From positions 1 to 55,913 of IMG/VR virus record IMGVR_UViG_2778261121_000001: a stretch of 55,913 bases of DNA. One strand, written 5' to 3'. The notes beneath the pieces are model-generated. The model was not told the DNA's origin. It saw only the letters and a list, made by a program, of their open reading frames with translations, and did not search any database. The position numbers were made by a program, and so were the translations under genes. Position 1 is the stretch's first letter. Each line of letters opens with the position of its first letter. Shown piece by piece: positions 29,754 to 39,614 of the stretch. Source of the DNA: a virus (lineage: Duplodnaviria > Heunggongvirae > Uroviricota > Caudoviricetes).

Positions 29754-30497
29754 TTACCATGTTCCCCATATAGGGTTTTCCAATAATCTCGCCTCCAACG
29801 AATTGGCTACTATTGCCGTTTGCAACGTTGGTTGGGGATAGTTTGCAAAGTCTGAATACTCATTTTCCTGCGTGACACGTTTATCTGCGGCATGTTTAAC
29901 ACCACTTGCTATGAAATGACGCATGATGCCCAATAGCCTCCGACTGTCTGCACTATCGTTTGCTAAAACATGAGGGAGCTGAAGTTCGATTTCTACCATT
30001 TCTCCATACTTACCAACAAACTGTAGTTTGTCCGCACTGTACTTTTTATCCCTCCTTTGGATAAGGAAACCAGTAAAAGCATCACCTGGCGATGCCAAAC
30101 TATCCACCCGCTTATTGGCAAGTCGAATAAGGTTCGTGAAAGCCATACAGTGATGCGCACCCATTCCCCCAAAGAACCCTTCGCTATTAATGTTAAGATC
30201 TTCAGTTTCATGGGATGCAATAAACCCAGGCCCGACGTTGGGAAGATATCCCCCCTCAACAAAAGGATTAATCAGGATCGGCGCAATACATCCAGGTGGT
30301 AGTGATTTCAAACTTTGCATCAATGGCGTCTCGGATATTAGACCAAGCAACGCGGCGAATTGTACTCCGTCAATATTGTTGCTTCCCCACAGAATACGTG
30401 GAGCCGCACCATTGGAAGTATGCCCATTGATCAGTTTTATCGACTGCATCACTGCAAATACCTGCAAAAACTGCGAGCGGCTTAATTTAAACGACAT
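29754..30497 (-). CDS. hypothetical protein (247 aa)
   Basis: ORF in track between the resolvase-like and SbcC-like genes. Confidence 0.45.
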   Translation of the reverse strand: MSFKLSRSQFLQVFAVMQSIKLINGHTSNGAAPRILWGSNNIDGVQFAALLGLISETPLMQSLKSLPPGCIAPILINPFVEGGYLPNVGPGFIASHETEDLNINSEGFFGGMGAHHCMAFTNLIRLANKRVDSLASPGDAFTGFLIQRRDKKYSADKLQFVGKYGEMVEIELQLPHVLANDSADSRRLLGIMRHFIASGVKHAADKRVTQENEYSDFANYPQPTLQTAIVANSLEARLLENPIWGTW

Positions 30498-32403
30498 AGC
30501 TGCGCCCCTCTTTAACTTCCAGCGTAATAGTTTCCCGGAACCATGACTTCATCTCTTTATGGGAGATAATCAGCACAGTACCTCGCTCGCGAGCTTTGGA
30601 CTCCAGAATACCCATGAGGCGTTCAAGACCGGCTGTATCGAGTGCATCGTCAATTTCGTCGCCGATAAACAAATCGATGTTTTTACTCGCCCGGTTACTA
30701 ACCAGATCCTGCAATGCCAAAGAACACGCAATGCGAACCTTCCGCTTCTCACCACCAGAGAGGGTCTGGAACGACTTACTTGAACCTTTCTTCTGCACAC
30801 TAATGTTGAATTTGTCGCGATACTCACCTTTTTTAGTGACATCCATCGTCGACCACTCAGCAGTAATATTCCCGTCAGACAACGTATTGAGATACTCGGC
30901 AGTGCGTGTATTCAGGAAAGGCGTAACAGACGTCAAAATATGAGAACGCACCCCGGCAGGAGAGTAGACCTGACGAGCTTTTTCCAATAGCAACGTTTGT
31001 TCCTGAATAGCCTTCAACTCATCTTTTAAGGACTTGAAGGTAGACTTACTGGATACCAAGTTATCTTCGTGTCTGGCGATAAGAGCAATAAACGGATTAA
31101 TCTCTTTTGATATACGATCGACCTCAGTACGAGCACGAGTCACAAGAGACTCAATAGCAACAACCTCCTTCTCACGATGACGCAAAGATGAGAGTTGTTT
31201 CGTAAGCTCTTCAATCCGGGCAATGATAGCCGTTACATCAGGTGTCGTTTTAACAAGGGCAGACTCAATGCTTAACGCTTTCTCAAGATTCGTTTTGTGT
31301 TTAGCCATTGCCTCTGCAAGTGTCTTCGCCTGACCAATTTCCTGACGTGCTTGTTCAATGAAACTCTCCTTCACCGTTGATAGATCTTCTTCGCAGTAGG
31401 CTTTGCCACAAGTAGGGCATGGTGATCCCACTTTAGTACCAACCTCTTCTGCTTTGGTCTTAAAATTACGCGCGCGGTTCATTGCATCAGCCTGACTATT
31501 TTCTGTAGCTTTGATGCTTGCCCGAATATCAGTTATCGCACCACGAACTTTGAGCAACTTGGCGTCATGTTCTTCTTTTGAGGCTAACTTTTTGCGCTCA
31601 CTTTCGATTGCCTTCTCGGTATCACGTATCTGTTCGGGAAGAGTGCGGATCTCAAGTTCAACTTCCGTTAACTCAACTTCGGCACTGGCCAGCCCAGCCA
31701 GGGCATCGTCATAACGTTTAGAACGCTCTTGCTCCCATGATTCAGAGGAGGCTTTCGCTGACTCAATTTCTGACTGTGTTGCCTCAATGGTCGAGATTGT
31801 CGACTCCAATTTGGTTTTAACCACATCCATACGTGCGGCAGCTGCATTAGCTCGCTCACGAGCAATAGCGTAGGCGCGTGTCAGTCTGTCAACGCCAGCG
31901 GCTTCTTCTACGATGGTTTTGAGGTTTTTGTCGGACATTCCAGGTAAATCTGGCATAGCTTCTTGGCTCGCATAGATGGAAGCCATGAAAACCTCTTTAG
32001 ATGCACCGATCAGACGCTCGACGAACTCCTGCGTCAGCGCATCTTTGCCTTTCGTCATATCGCCATCTTCACCACGAACGATAAGACGATTTTTGAACTC
32101 TTTGTGTTTACGGTGACGAATGATTGCGTATCTCTTGCCTTCATCCTCGATGGTTACTGCAACACGACAGTTCTTTTCATGGTCGGTAGACAACACATCG
32201 TCACCCTTCACACCATGAGCTGTTTCGCCATAAAGACACCACATCAGGCTATTCATTAGCGTTGACTTTCCAGAGCCATTACTTGATGCGGAACTATCAT
32301 CACTATTAACACCCTGAATAAGCACTAAACCACGCTGATCTAACTCGACCTCCGCGCTGGCGATAGCCATAAAATTCTCAACCTGGAGCTTTAAAAACTT
32401 CAT
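30487..32403 (-). CDS. SbcC/Rad50-like ATPase (phage gp46-like)
   Basis: N-terminal P-loop GSGKST, central CPTC zinc hook, C-terminal LSGGEKRK signature and DE Walker B. Confidence 0.8.
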   Translation of the reverse strand: MKFLKLQVENFMAIASAEVELDQRGLVLIQGVNSDDSSASSNGSGKSTLMNSLMWCLYGETAHGVKGDDVLSTDHEKNCRVAVTIEDEGKRYAIIRHRKHKEFKNRLIVRGEDGDMTKGKDALTQEFVERLIGASKEVFMASIYASQEAMPDLPGMSDKNLKTIVEEAAGVDRLTRAYAIARERANAAAARMDVVKTKLESTISTIEATQSEIESAKASSESWEQERSKRYDDALAGLASAEVELTEVELEIRTLPEQIRDTEKAIESERKKLASKEEHDAKLLKVRGAITDIRASIKATENSQADAMNRARNFKTKAEEVGTKVGSPCPTCGKAYCEEDLSTVKESFIEQARQEIGQAKTLAEAMAKHKTNLEKALSIESALVKTTPDVTAIIARIEELTKQLSSLRHREKEVVAIESLVTRARTEVDRISKEINPFIALIARHEDNLVSSKSTFKSLKDELKAIQEQTLLLEKARQVYSPAGVRSHILTSVTPFLNTRTAEYLNTLSDGNITAEWSTMDVTKKGEYRDKFNISVQKKGSSKSFQTLSGGEKRKVRIACSLALQDLVSNRASKNIDLFIGDEIDDALDTAGLERLMGILESKARERGTVLIISHKEMKSWFRETITLEVKEGRSYVV

Positions 32404-32678
32404 ATAACACCTCTGATACCGTGTGTTAGCTTTTGGCCTTCTTTCAATCTGAACTCCGTATGCGCCGGGAAGGATCTGCGCCTCAATACGCCTTTTCTTG
32501 TTAACCTTCCAAGATAAAACGCTACGGGATTTCCTTGTGGCGGGTAGGGCTTGTGAAACATCACCGTCTGGCCTCGTTCAAGTCTTTTCATCGTGATGGC
32601 AAAGTCTCGAAAGCTCCCATAACGACTTTGCTTCACACAGCCTCCGAACTCTCCGCTTCGGTGAGGATTTCCTGACAC
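32400..32678 (-). CDS. possible small basic protein (92 aa, GTG start)
   Basis: ORF fills the 229-bp gap between the sbcD- and sbcC-like genes with stop/start overlap; start uncertain. Confidence 0.25.
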   Translation of the reverse strand: MSGNPHRSGEFGGCVKQSRYGSFRDFAITMKRLERGQTVMFHKPYPPQGNPVAFYLGRLTRKGVLRRRSFPAHTEFRLKEGQKLTHGIRGVI

Positions 32679-33718
32679 AAAATATCCAATTTGCTCAGAT
32701 CAAATCCGCCGTCAGTATCGTGGACAATCTTGCAATAAGCAGATACCGACTCTCCCAGGCTATCGATTTTGCTGGTTTCAGTTGTGCTGGCTGTCCCTTC
32801 CATCATTGATGACTTACGGATGAAGTTGCACACGACACCTTTTGCACCCATTGTTTTGAGGATGTTCTGGTACTTAATGCCTTCTTCATCGTTCTCAATT
32901 ACGGCGCGGAAACGCACGTAGTTGCCGCGAATTTGGTCATCAGCAACATCATCTTCCAGGTTAATGAATTTAGGCGCACTGGTTTCGTAGTGACTGAAAC
33001 TGCCGTCCGGGTTTACGATCATGTAGCCAGCCAGAGATCCAACATCTCCCCAATTTTGATGAGTCAGTGCACCGACACTGATAACTCCAGGAATGACCTC
33101 TTTGTGGTTGTGGTAATGCCCACTAAGCACGAGACGAAAGCCGATATCCTTTAACTCCTGCGCATCGATACCGACGTCAGGCATTGTTGGAATGGCTTTG
33201 TTAATGGATGTATGGATAACAACGTCATGATTATCACCTTCTACGCTCTTACGTAATGCTTTCAGATCGCTGATAAGCTCCGCATGATTGTTACGCCAGC
33301 TAATCAGGTGGACAGTCACATCACCAATTTTTATTGAGTGTGGGCGATTGCCACATACGATTACCACGCCGATAGAACTCAGCGATGCTGCTGCGTTGGC
33401 GCTATATACTGAATCGTTGGTTTCAAGATCGTGATTACCGGCCAGCATTACTACTGTCAGATCAAGCTCGTTGATAATCCACTTGTACGTTTCAGTTACG
33501 TAATGCAAAACAGAAGGGGACACAGTTCCTCGGACGTGAAATGTATCACCGGCAACCAACATGTACTTACAACCGGCCTTCTTCATGGCGATGGCTGCTT
33601 CTTTCGTTGCTTCCAACTGTATTTCAAGTCTGGAGTTAAGCCCCTCAGCGTTCGTCGTGGAGAACGCATCCCATTTGTGGTAGTGGCAGTCAGAAATGAC
33701 GCCGTATGGCAAAGTCAT
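32633..33718 (-). CDS. SbcD/Mre11-like nuclease (phage gp47-like)
   Basis: Calcineurin-like phosphoesterase motifs (DCHYH, GDTFH, GNHD). Confidence 0.8.
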   Translation of the reverse strand: MTLPYGVISDCHYHKWDAFSTTNAEGLNSRLEIQLEATKEAAIAMKKAGCKYMLVAGDTFHVRGTVSPSVLHYVTETYKWIINELDLTVVMLAGNHDLETNDSVYSANAAASLSSIGVVIVCGNRPHSIKIGDVTVHLISWRNNHAELISDLKALRKSVEGDNHDVVIHTSINKAIPTMPDVGIDAQELKDIGFRLVLSGHYHNHKEVIPGVISVGALTHQNWGDVGSLAGYMIVNPDGSFSHYETSAPKFINLEDDVADDQIRGNYVRFRAVIENDEEGIKYQNILKTMGAKGVVCNFIRKSSMMEGTASTTETSKIDSLGESVSAYCKIVHDTDGGFDLSKLDILCQEILTEAESSEAV

Positions 33719-33972
33719 GTGTTTTTCCTTTGTGGTTATTTTGATACAAATTCTAAGAGCAATGAGGAGGTAAACAACTATGCATAACGGTATGTTAGGA
33801 ATGAAACGAGCGCCTTAATATACAAAATTTATAAGTAAGTATATACCTATTTATCGTGGCGCAACTTTGCTTGTCTGTATGACTAAAAATAAGACTGGAT
33901 CACTGTAGAACGCTATGAGAGCTATTTTGAGGGGGCGTAGATTCTATCTACGCCAATATACGATCTGGAGGG

Positions 33973-34617
33973 TTACAGCGCGTCAGTGGGCTTTTTACGC
34001 GCTGCATTTATGCTTATGACGCCAGCTTTAGGACGTGGATCGACAAGGTTCAGTTCTTCTTCGCTATGGTATTCAAGGTCGAACTCACGTTTTACATGTC
34101 TGATGTAGATTGCAGTGAGCAGGCTATCTTTGGTCAGGAAGTGTCCGTAGGATTTGCGGATCACTTCTTCAACCTTCTCGATTTTCTCACCACCCATGCA
34201 GAGGTGATTAAACCGGCTGTGTTTCCGCAACATCTCGTCAACTGGGCCTGAGTAAACCTTGTCTACTTTCCCAAAACGAATGATTTTTCCTGTATCTGCG
34301 GATACAAGGCAAATCAGTTTGTCTGGTGATAAACGATCTCGCCACGTTACTCCTGAACGGAGTGTGTTGAAGTAGGGCGCATCCAATCCGATGATCGGTT
34401 TACGAAATGCGAGCAATGGAACGTACCTGATACAACTATTCAAATGAAAGTTCACACCAGCCTTATCAAGTTTAATTCTGGTTTCGTAGATCGGGCACTT
34501 CGCCGCTATACCGCAGATATCACAAAGTAACTTCTGCTTATTCAGGTTGGAATTTGATTCGATAGTGTAGGAGCCGTCCTCAAGACGACGAACCCAGCGC
34601 GTGCGTTTTAGATCCAT
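33973..34617 (-). CDS. hypothetical protein (214 aa) adjacent to the origin
   Basis: ORF in track. Confidence 0.45.
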   Translation of the reverse strand: MDLKRTRWVRRLEDGSYTIESNSNLNKQKLLCDICGIAAKCPIYETRIKLDKAGVNFHLNSCIRYVPLLAFRKPIIGLDAPYFNTLRSGVTWRDRLSPDKLICLVSADTGKIIRFGKVDKVYSGPVDEMLRKHSRFNHLCMGGEKIEKVEEVIRKSYGHFLTKDSLLTAIYIRHVKREFDLEYHSEEELNLVDPRPKAGVISINAARKKPTDAL

Positions 34618-34718
34618 AATCGTTTTTTCAGTAGTTATTGGCCGATGCTACGATAACTCATTAGGCATACCTTAATCTGCATTTGCCTGTTTTACTTATC
34701 CCAGTTATCCACTGGATA

Positions 34719-34776
34719 GATCCAAATAAGAGATCCCAAGTAAGATCAAATAGAAGATCCAAAGAGATCCCCGATC
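34719..34776. promoter_or_regulatory. cluster of six GATC sites
   Basis: GATC at 34719, 34732, 34744, 34756, 34766 and 34773 within 58 bp. Confidence 0.5.
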
Positions 34777-34817
34777 GCCTCTAGCCGTTGCGGTTACTGG
34801 TCTGAAAGGGTGTTGCC

Positions 34818-34920
34818 ATCCACTATGGAGAGCAAAGAAACCTCTGTAGAGAGCTGAATAACCGCTATGAAGAGTAAAACAACCACTCTGGAGAGCTGTA
34901 TATATCCACTGTAGAGAGTA
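34818..34920. repeat. iteron array A (5 copies, ~21-bp period)
   Basis: Repeats of (A/T)NCCACTRTRGAGAGC at 34818, 34839, 34860, 34881 and 34905. Confidence 0.7.
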
Positions 34921-35077
34921 GAGCACATTGTCTTTTATGGATAACTTAATGACTTAATTCTTCATTAACATACTGATATACATAGATATATTTTAAACTC
35001 TACTCTTAGTCATGATTCTTATGTCCTTAAATATCCACAGAAGAGTAGAGTTACCTGTTCTTGAAATCCTCTGATTT

Positions 35078-35086
35078 TTATCCACA
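35078..35086. promoter_or_regulatory. DnaA box (TTATCCACA) in the AT-rich spacer between iteron arrays
   Basis: Perfect consensus 9-mer with AT-rich DNA and GATC sites on either side. Confidence 0.5.
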
Positions 35087-35198
35087 GGCCCGATCCAGTA
35101 ATTCAGATCACAAAGAGAACCAAAGAGACCCATAAAGACCCAATAAGATCCCCGCCCACCTCAAACCGTTGCGCCATCTGCCTTCAGACATGATCGAT

Positions 35199-35320
35199 AT
35201 CCACTATAGAGAGCGAATAATCCACTATAGGGAGCAAAGCAACCACTATAGAGAGGAGAAAAACCACTATAGACGGTAGGATAACCGCTGTGATGAGTGC
35301 TACTATCCACTGTAATCAGC
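35199..35320. repeat. iteron array B (6 copies, ~21-bp period)
   Basis: ATCCACTATAGAGAGC-type repeats at 35199, 35220, 35241, 35263, 35284 and 35305, directly upstream of repA. Confidence 0.7.
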
Positions 35321-35360
35321 AAAGGCCACCAAAGCCGTCGAATAACAAGAGACATTTGGA

Positions 35361-36416
35361 ATGAGCGAAAACGGCAATAAAAACATAGCGATCGTTGAAG
35401 CATTTTCAGAAACAGATAAAAAGACAGGCGAAGTTGTTACGTTGGTTCCTAACACTAATAACACTGTTCAGCCTGTTGCTTTGATGCGTCTGGGCCTCTT
35501 CGTTCCGACGCTGAAATCGACATCCAGAGGAAGAAAGGGGCAAATGGTCTCTATGGATGCCTCTGCTGAACTCAAACAGCTGTCTCTGGCAAAAGCCGAA
35601 GGGTACGAAGACATAAGGATCTCTGGCCTTCGGCTTGATATGGATAACGACTTTAAAACGTGGGTGGGAATAATCCACGCGTTTGCCAAACACAAGGTCG
35701 TTGGCGATACTGTCACGTTGCCGTTCGTTGAGTTTGTAAGGCTGTGTGGCATTCCGACCGCCAGGTCATCAGCGAAGTTACGCAAACGCCTGGACAGTTC
35801 GCTAAGCCGTATTGCCACAAATACCATCTCGTTCCGTAGCAAAGGCTCTGATGAGTTTTACGTAACGCATCTTGTGCAAACGGCAAAATATAGTGTCAAG
35901 CACGATACGGTCGAACTGAAAGCAGATCCCAAGATTTTCGAACTCTACCAGTTCGACAAAAAGGTTCTTCTGCAACTCCGGGCTATAAACGAACTCTCAA
36001 GAAAAGAATCCGCTCAGGCGCTTTATACTTTTATTGAAAGTTTGCCGCCTGATCCGGCACCAATATCACTAGCCCGTTTACGCGCCAGACTTAATCTGAC
36101 AAGTCGCACTATTACTCAGAATGCGACGGTAAGAAAGGCTATGGAACAGCTGCGAGAGATAGGATATCTCGATTACACGGAAGTTAAGCGCGGAAACTCG
36201 GTCTACTTCGTCATCCACTATAGGCGGCCAAAGTTACGCCAGGCACAAATATCAACAAAAATCGATAATGATGAGACGGAATATAGCCTCCCAGATGAGA
36301 ATCAAGATGACATTATCGACGTTGTGCCTGACGAAAAAGAAGGCAAAATGGTCATGTTGAGTAAAGAAGAACTGGCGCTTCTCGAAGAGTTGCGCAAGGC
36401 AAAGACTCGCAAATAG
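35361..36416 (+). CDS. repA: plasmid replication initiator (RepA-like, iteron-binding)
   Basis: 351-aa plus-strand ORF flanked by iteron arrays on both sides; family assigned from this P1-type arrangement, not from a sequence motif. Confidence 0.7.
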   Translation: MSENGNKNIAIVEAFSETDKKTGEVVTLVPNTNNTVQPVALMRLGLFVPTLKSTSRGRKGQMVSMDASAELKQLSLAKAEGYEDIRISGLRLDMDNDFKTWVGIIHAFAKHKVVGDTVTLPFVEFVRLCGIPTARSSAKLRKRLDSSLSRIATNTISFRSKGSDEFYVTHLVQTAKYSVKHDTVELKADPKIFELYQFDKKVLLQLRAINELSRKESAQALYTFIESLPPDPAPISLARLRARLNLTSRTITQNATVRKAMEQLREIGYLDYTEVKRGNSVYFVIHYRRPKLRQAQISTKIDNDETEYSLPDENQDDIIDVVPDEKEGKMVMLSKEELALLEELRKAKTRK

Positions 36417-36417
36417 C

Positions 36418-36900
36418 CCAACCACTGTAGTTAGTAGTAAGGCTCACTATCCACTGTAGTGAGCCTTACTTATATCTGTAATTCGCTATCCACTATAGTG
36501 AGTATCGTTATCTGTTGATAACCACTGTAGGCAGTAGAATGCAAATACTGAATCAAATGTTAGTGATCACTAACACTGATGAAACAAGGGCTGCGAGGTT
36601 AGTGGTCACTGGGTATCTTGGAAAATTTACTGTCTATAGTGGTTGTTGTCGCCCTCATCTTTGAGCGTATCCACTGTGGCGAGTGGATATCCACTGAAAA
36701 CAGCAAAGGCTTACTCACCATAGTGGATACCCGCTGGACATCTCACTCCAATACTCACCATAGTGGTTGTTTGATGCGAATGAAAGGCTGTCTACTCGCT
36801 ACAGTGGTTAGCAGATATGTAGGAAGAGAGGACTGCAGACCACAGTGGATAATGAGCTGATACGAATGCGGTGAGCTGGCTACTCACCGCAGTGGTTGGT
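36418..36900. repeat. downstream iteron array (about 11 copies, both orientations)
   Basis: CCACTGTAG/CCACTATAG cores and their reverse complements between the repA stop and the next gene. Confidence 0.7.
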
Positions 36901-36904
36901 GCTA

Positions 36905-37117
36905 TTAGTGTATTTTCTTTAACAGACCCCAAAGTGTTCCGGCTTTTGTAGTCAGTTTTCCTGTTTCTGGATCGTACATACGCCATTCACGCCGCTGGTG
37001 GACGATATACCCATCTTCACGCTCCAGACGCTCAAGAACGCCAGGCTGCTTGAAACCCTTAGCACGCCAGTATCCGCTTGTTTTCTCGATTTCCAGACCT
37101 GCTAGTGTTAATGCCAT
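36905..37117 (-). CDS. hypothetical protein (70 aa)
   Basis: ORF; TAATG overlap with the upstream gene. Confidence 0.4.
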   Translation of the reverse strand: MALTLAGLEIEKTSGYWRAKGFKQPGVLERLEREDGYIVHQRREWRMYDPETGKLTTKAGTLWGLLKKIH

Positions 37118-37452
37118 TATCCAACCTCCTTGCAGTCATCGAAAAGGTAGCTTTGCTGAGAAGCGTGAACGCCATAGAAGCCCTTGTATTTGTTGTATAC
37201 GAAGTGGTCTTCTCCGACGCCGGTTAATTTGCCATTACGGTTTGTGAGATATGGGGATGACAATACTCGATCGTCACGCACAACATAGAACTGGTCGCCG
37301 CTGTCTACGACCATCGCTCCATATGGTGCTTTTATGACGTCGGTAAGAGCGCCATTCTTAACGTCGGCTACAGACATTTCACACTGATAAACAGTGGTGT
37401 CGGCCACAACGATCGAAGAAAGGAACAACAGCGCGAATGGGATGGCCTTCAT
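37117..37452 (-). CDS. secreted protein (111 aa, cleavable signal peptide, two Cys)
   Basis: N-terminal MKAIPFALLFLSSIVVA signal-like segment. Confidence 0.5.
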   Translation of the reverse strand: MKAIPFALLFLSSIVVADTTVYQCEMSVADVKNGALTDVIKAPYGAMVVDSGDQFYVVRDDRVLSSPYLTNRNGKLTGVGEDHFVYNKYKGFYGVHASQQSYLFDDCKEVG

Positions 37453-37628
37453 GCTGCCACCTCTTTGATTACATCAAATGCTGAATTAAATACGAGCACG
37501 ATAGCCAAAGCGTTTATGACTACGTCGTTCACCGGGGAAAAGACTTTACGAATGACACCAGTGAAAATGCAGTCGATGACAAAAGCTATTGACACGATGA
37601 GCAACAAGTATTCAATAAAAATCTTCAT
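37449..37628 (-). CDS. candidate small membrane protein (59 aa)
   Basis: Hand-translated hydrophobic ORF with ATGA overlap to the downstream gene; no clear Shine-Dalgarno. Confidence 0.3.
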   Translation of the reverse strand: MKIFIEYLLLIVSIAFVIDCIFTGVIRKVFSPVNDVVINALAIVLVFNSAFDVIKEVAA

Positions 37629-37667
37629 GATAGGTAGATACTAACTTATATAAATTTTACTGTAAAC

Positions 37668-37943
37668 TCACTCAAAAGTGCTGATGCTTAGAATACGCTC
37701 AAGATGTGCGGCATCTTCATCACTGATTTGTTGAGTCTCTTCTACATACCAACAGTTGCCGTTATGCCAACAAACACCATCATCATCAACCATCACTGAA
37801 TCAGCGTCATGACCTGTATATTCAACGAGAATACGCTGGATCAGCGCGTCAATTTCTTCGTCGTTAAGGCCATCGGCTTTGACGATAAAAAGCGGAAATG
37901 CGTCATAGACAGTGCTGGTAACGATTCGAACTAAAACTCTCAT
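37668..37943 (-). CDS. hypothetical acidic protein (91 aa)
   Basis: ORF in conserved start context. Confidence 0.45.
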   Translation of the reverse strand: MRVLVRIVTSTVYDAFPLFIVKADGLNDEEIDALIQRILVEYTGHDADSVMVDDDGVCWHNGNCWYVEETQQISDEDAAHLERILSISTFE

Positions 37944-37998
37944 GTGTTTTTCCTTTTGTGGTTAGTGTTTACTTATTTTGTTAGTTATGAATAGGCGA

Positions 37999-38424
37999 TC
38001 AATCGTCTTGTTTAGGGAAAAACTGTTCAATAACTCTGTCAACGGCTGTGTCTATATGGAGTAGATGCCACACAACCATATCTTTGCTCCCCATGCCTTG
38101 TGTGAATATCACGTCATACTTACGCCATGCGCAGTGGAACCAATATGCTGAGTTATCAATTGGTAAATCCTCTCCCGCCTCTTTGAAGTATTTCAGCAGC
38201 ATTGCTTGCTCTGCCGTTGGCGTTGGACCTATTTCCTGAGCGTACATACGGATGAATCGCTGCCAGTCTGTCTCGTCGGGGGTTGGATCTGGTGGGGTCA
38301 TTTCTGCGATAGCGTTTCGTAGCTGATGCGCCCAATCAGGTTCAGGAAAGCCTTTTGCTACTTCATCATCAATAACATCCAGAGCCACGTTTGCGGCATC
38401 GTAGAGTTTCTTAATAGCTGTCAT
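37999..38424 (-). CDS. hypothetical protein (141 aa)
   Basis: ORF; 5'-leader motif at 38441-38460. Confidence 0.45.
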   Translation of the reverse strand: MTAIKKLYDAANVALDVIDDEVAKGFPEPDWAHQLRNAIAEMTPPDPTPDETDWQRFIRMYAQEIGPTPTAEQAMLLKYFKEAGEDLPIDNSAYWFHCAWRKYDVIFTQGMGSKDMVVWHLLHIDTAVDRVIEQFFPKQDD

Positions 38425-38474
38425 GTTTTCTTATCCTTTTAAACAAATTGTTTTCTTAATAAGATAATTGCGAT

Positions 38475-38498
38475 AAAAAAGGCGTCCAACTGGACGCC
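38475..38498 (-). terminator. intrinsic terminator downstream of the SPFH gene
   Basis: GGCGTCCA-GT-TGGACGCC followed by UUUUUU on the minus strand. Confidence 0.6.
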
Positions 38499-38516
38499 TG
38501 ATCTTCTTAAGTAGAG

Positions 38517-39347
38517 TTATTTCACTGTAATGAAAGGAGTGTTAGCGCCTTGAGTCATGTACTGCGGTAACTGACCATTCCATTTATTGATGGCTTCCAG
38601 TTCCATAACGTTCGGGTTTTGACGCAGAGCTTCACCGCGCAGACGAATGGCATCTGCTTCTGCCTGCGCACGAGCACGGATAGCATCAGCTTCACCATTA
38701 GCCTGTTCACGCAGCATATTCGCCTCAGCTTTACGTTGTTCTACTTCCTGCTGACGTTGCAGAGTACGCTGGTTAGCCGTTACTTTGGCGTTGATAGATT
38801 CTATGACGGTTTTTGGGTAATCAGGCTTTCCAACCCATGACAGGCTCAGTACCTCAATACCAACCGGAGACATCTCTTTCTGAATATCTTTCAGTGCGTT
38901 GTCCAGCAATTGTGCCTTACCACCGTCGATAAATGAGTCAGTGGTCATACGGCTGGCCAAACGGTTTAGAGAGTCGGCAATTTTCTGACGCAGATCTGAT
39001 TCGGTGATATCGTCTACGCCTTTGCGATAGGTCTGGAACACCGTCGTTACCTTGTCACGATTAACCAGATACGCAACGCCAATTTTGTGACCAATAGCAG
39101 TACCGTCACTCATCTGGAATGTGAACGGCTCGTCGTAGGTCTTCATTTGTTTGAAGGTCGGGAATACGTAAAGTTCGGTGTTAAGACCTGTCCATTGGCG
39201 ACCAACGCCAACCACTTCACCAATCCCTTTGTCTTCACCTAATTTGTTTACTTTGATGCCAACGTATCCAGGCTCCACGCGATCGCAGCCAGTAAGACCC
39301 ATTGTGCAAATAGCCGCCAGAGCAACTGCAAGTAAACCTTTCTTCAT
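38517..39347 (-). CDS. SPFH/band-7 (prohibitin/HflKC-like) lipoprotein
   Basis: Lipobox LTGC after a signal peptide; Ala/Glu/Arg/Gln-rich coiled-coil C-terminus; SPFH assignment by eye from the overall lipoprotein/coiled-coil layout. Confidence 0.6.
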   Translation of the reverse strand: MKKGLLAVALAAICTMGLTGCDRVEPGYVGIKVNKLGEDKGIGEVVGVGRQWTGLNTELYVFPTFKQMKTYDEPFTFQMSDGTAIGHKIGVAYLVNRDKVTTVFQTYRKGVDDITESDLRQKIADSLNRLASRMTTDSFIDGGKAQLLDNALKDIQKEMSPVGIEVLSLSWVGKPDYPKTVIESINAKVTANQRTLQRQQEVEQRKAEANMLREQANGEADAIRARAQAEADAIRLRGEALRQNPNVMELEAINKWNGQLPQYMTQGANTPFITVK

Positions 39348-39350
39348 TAC

Positions 39351-39551
39351 TTATTTCCCCTTTGCTTTGATTAATGAGTTAATAAACTTACGACCAGCAA
39401 TAAGACCGATTACAGGAGCACCAAAACCAACGATAACTCCAAACATGACTGCTAAATCACTCTTGGTAGAAATCAGCGACGGAACCAGTAAACCGTAGAT
39501 GAGAGCCACTGAAAGGCCTGTGGTTACTGCCAATAGATAGATTTTGATCAT
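39351..39551 (-). CDS. small two-helix membrane protein (66 aa), partner of the SPFH protein
   Basis: ORF in conserved start context, 3 nt upstream of the SPFH gene. Confidence 0.5.
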   Translation of the reverse strand: MIKIYLLAVTTGLSVALIYGLLVPSLISTKSDLAVMFGVIVGFGAPVIGLIAGRKFINSLIKAKGK

Positions 39552-39581
39552 GTGTTTTCCTATGTGGTTGTTATGTGAAAA

Positions 39582-39609
39582 TGATAAGTAAGCACTTATA
39601 TATTTTCAA
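39582..39609 (-). promoter_or_regulatory. sigma70-like promoter TTGAAA-N17-TATCAT overlapped by the palindromic operator-like motif
   Basis: -35 at 39604-39609 and -10 at 39582-39587 on the minus strand; TAAGTGCTTACTTA lies in the spacer. Confidence 0.45.
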
Positions 39610-39614
39610 GAGAT

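Noticed and set aside
34818-36900. Tandem 19-22 bp repeats considered as a possible CRISPR array
   Set aside because: Repeats are degenerate, occur in both orientations, have no uniform unique spacers, and flank a RepA-like gene with GATC and DnaA boxes; they are plasmid iterons.
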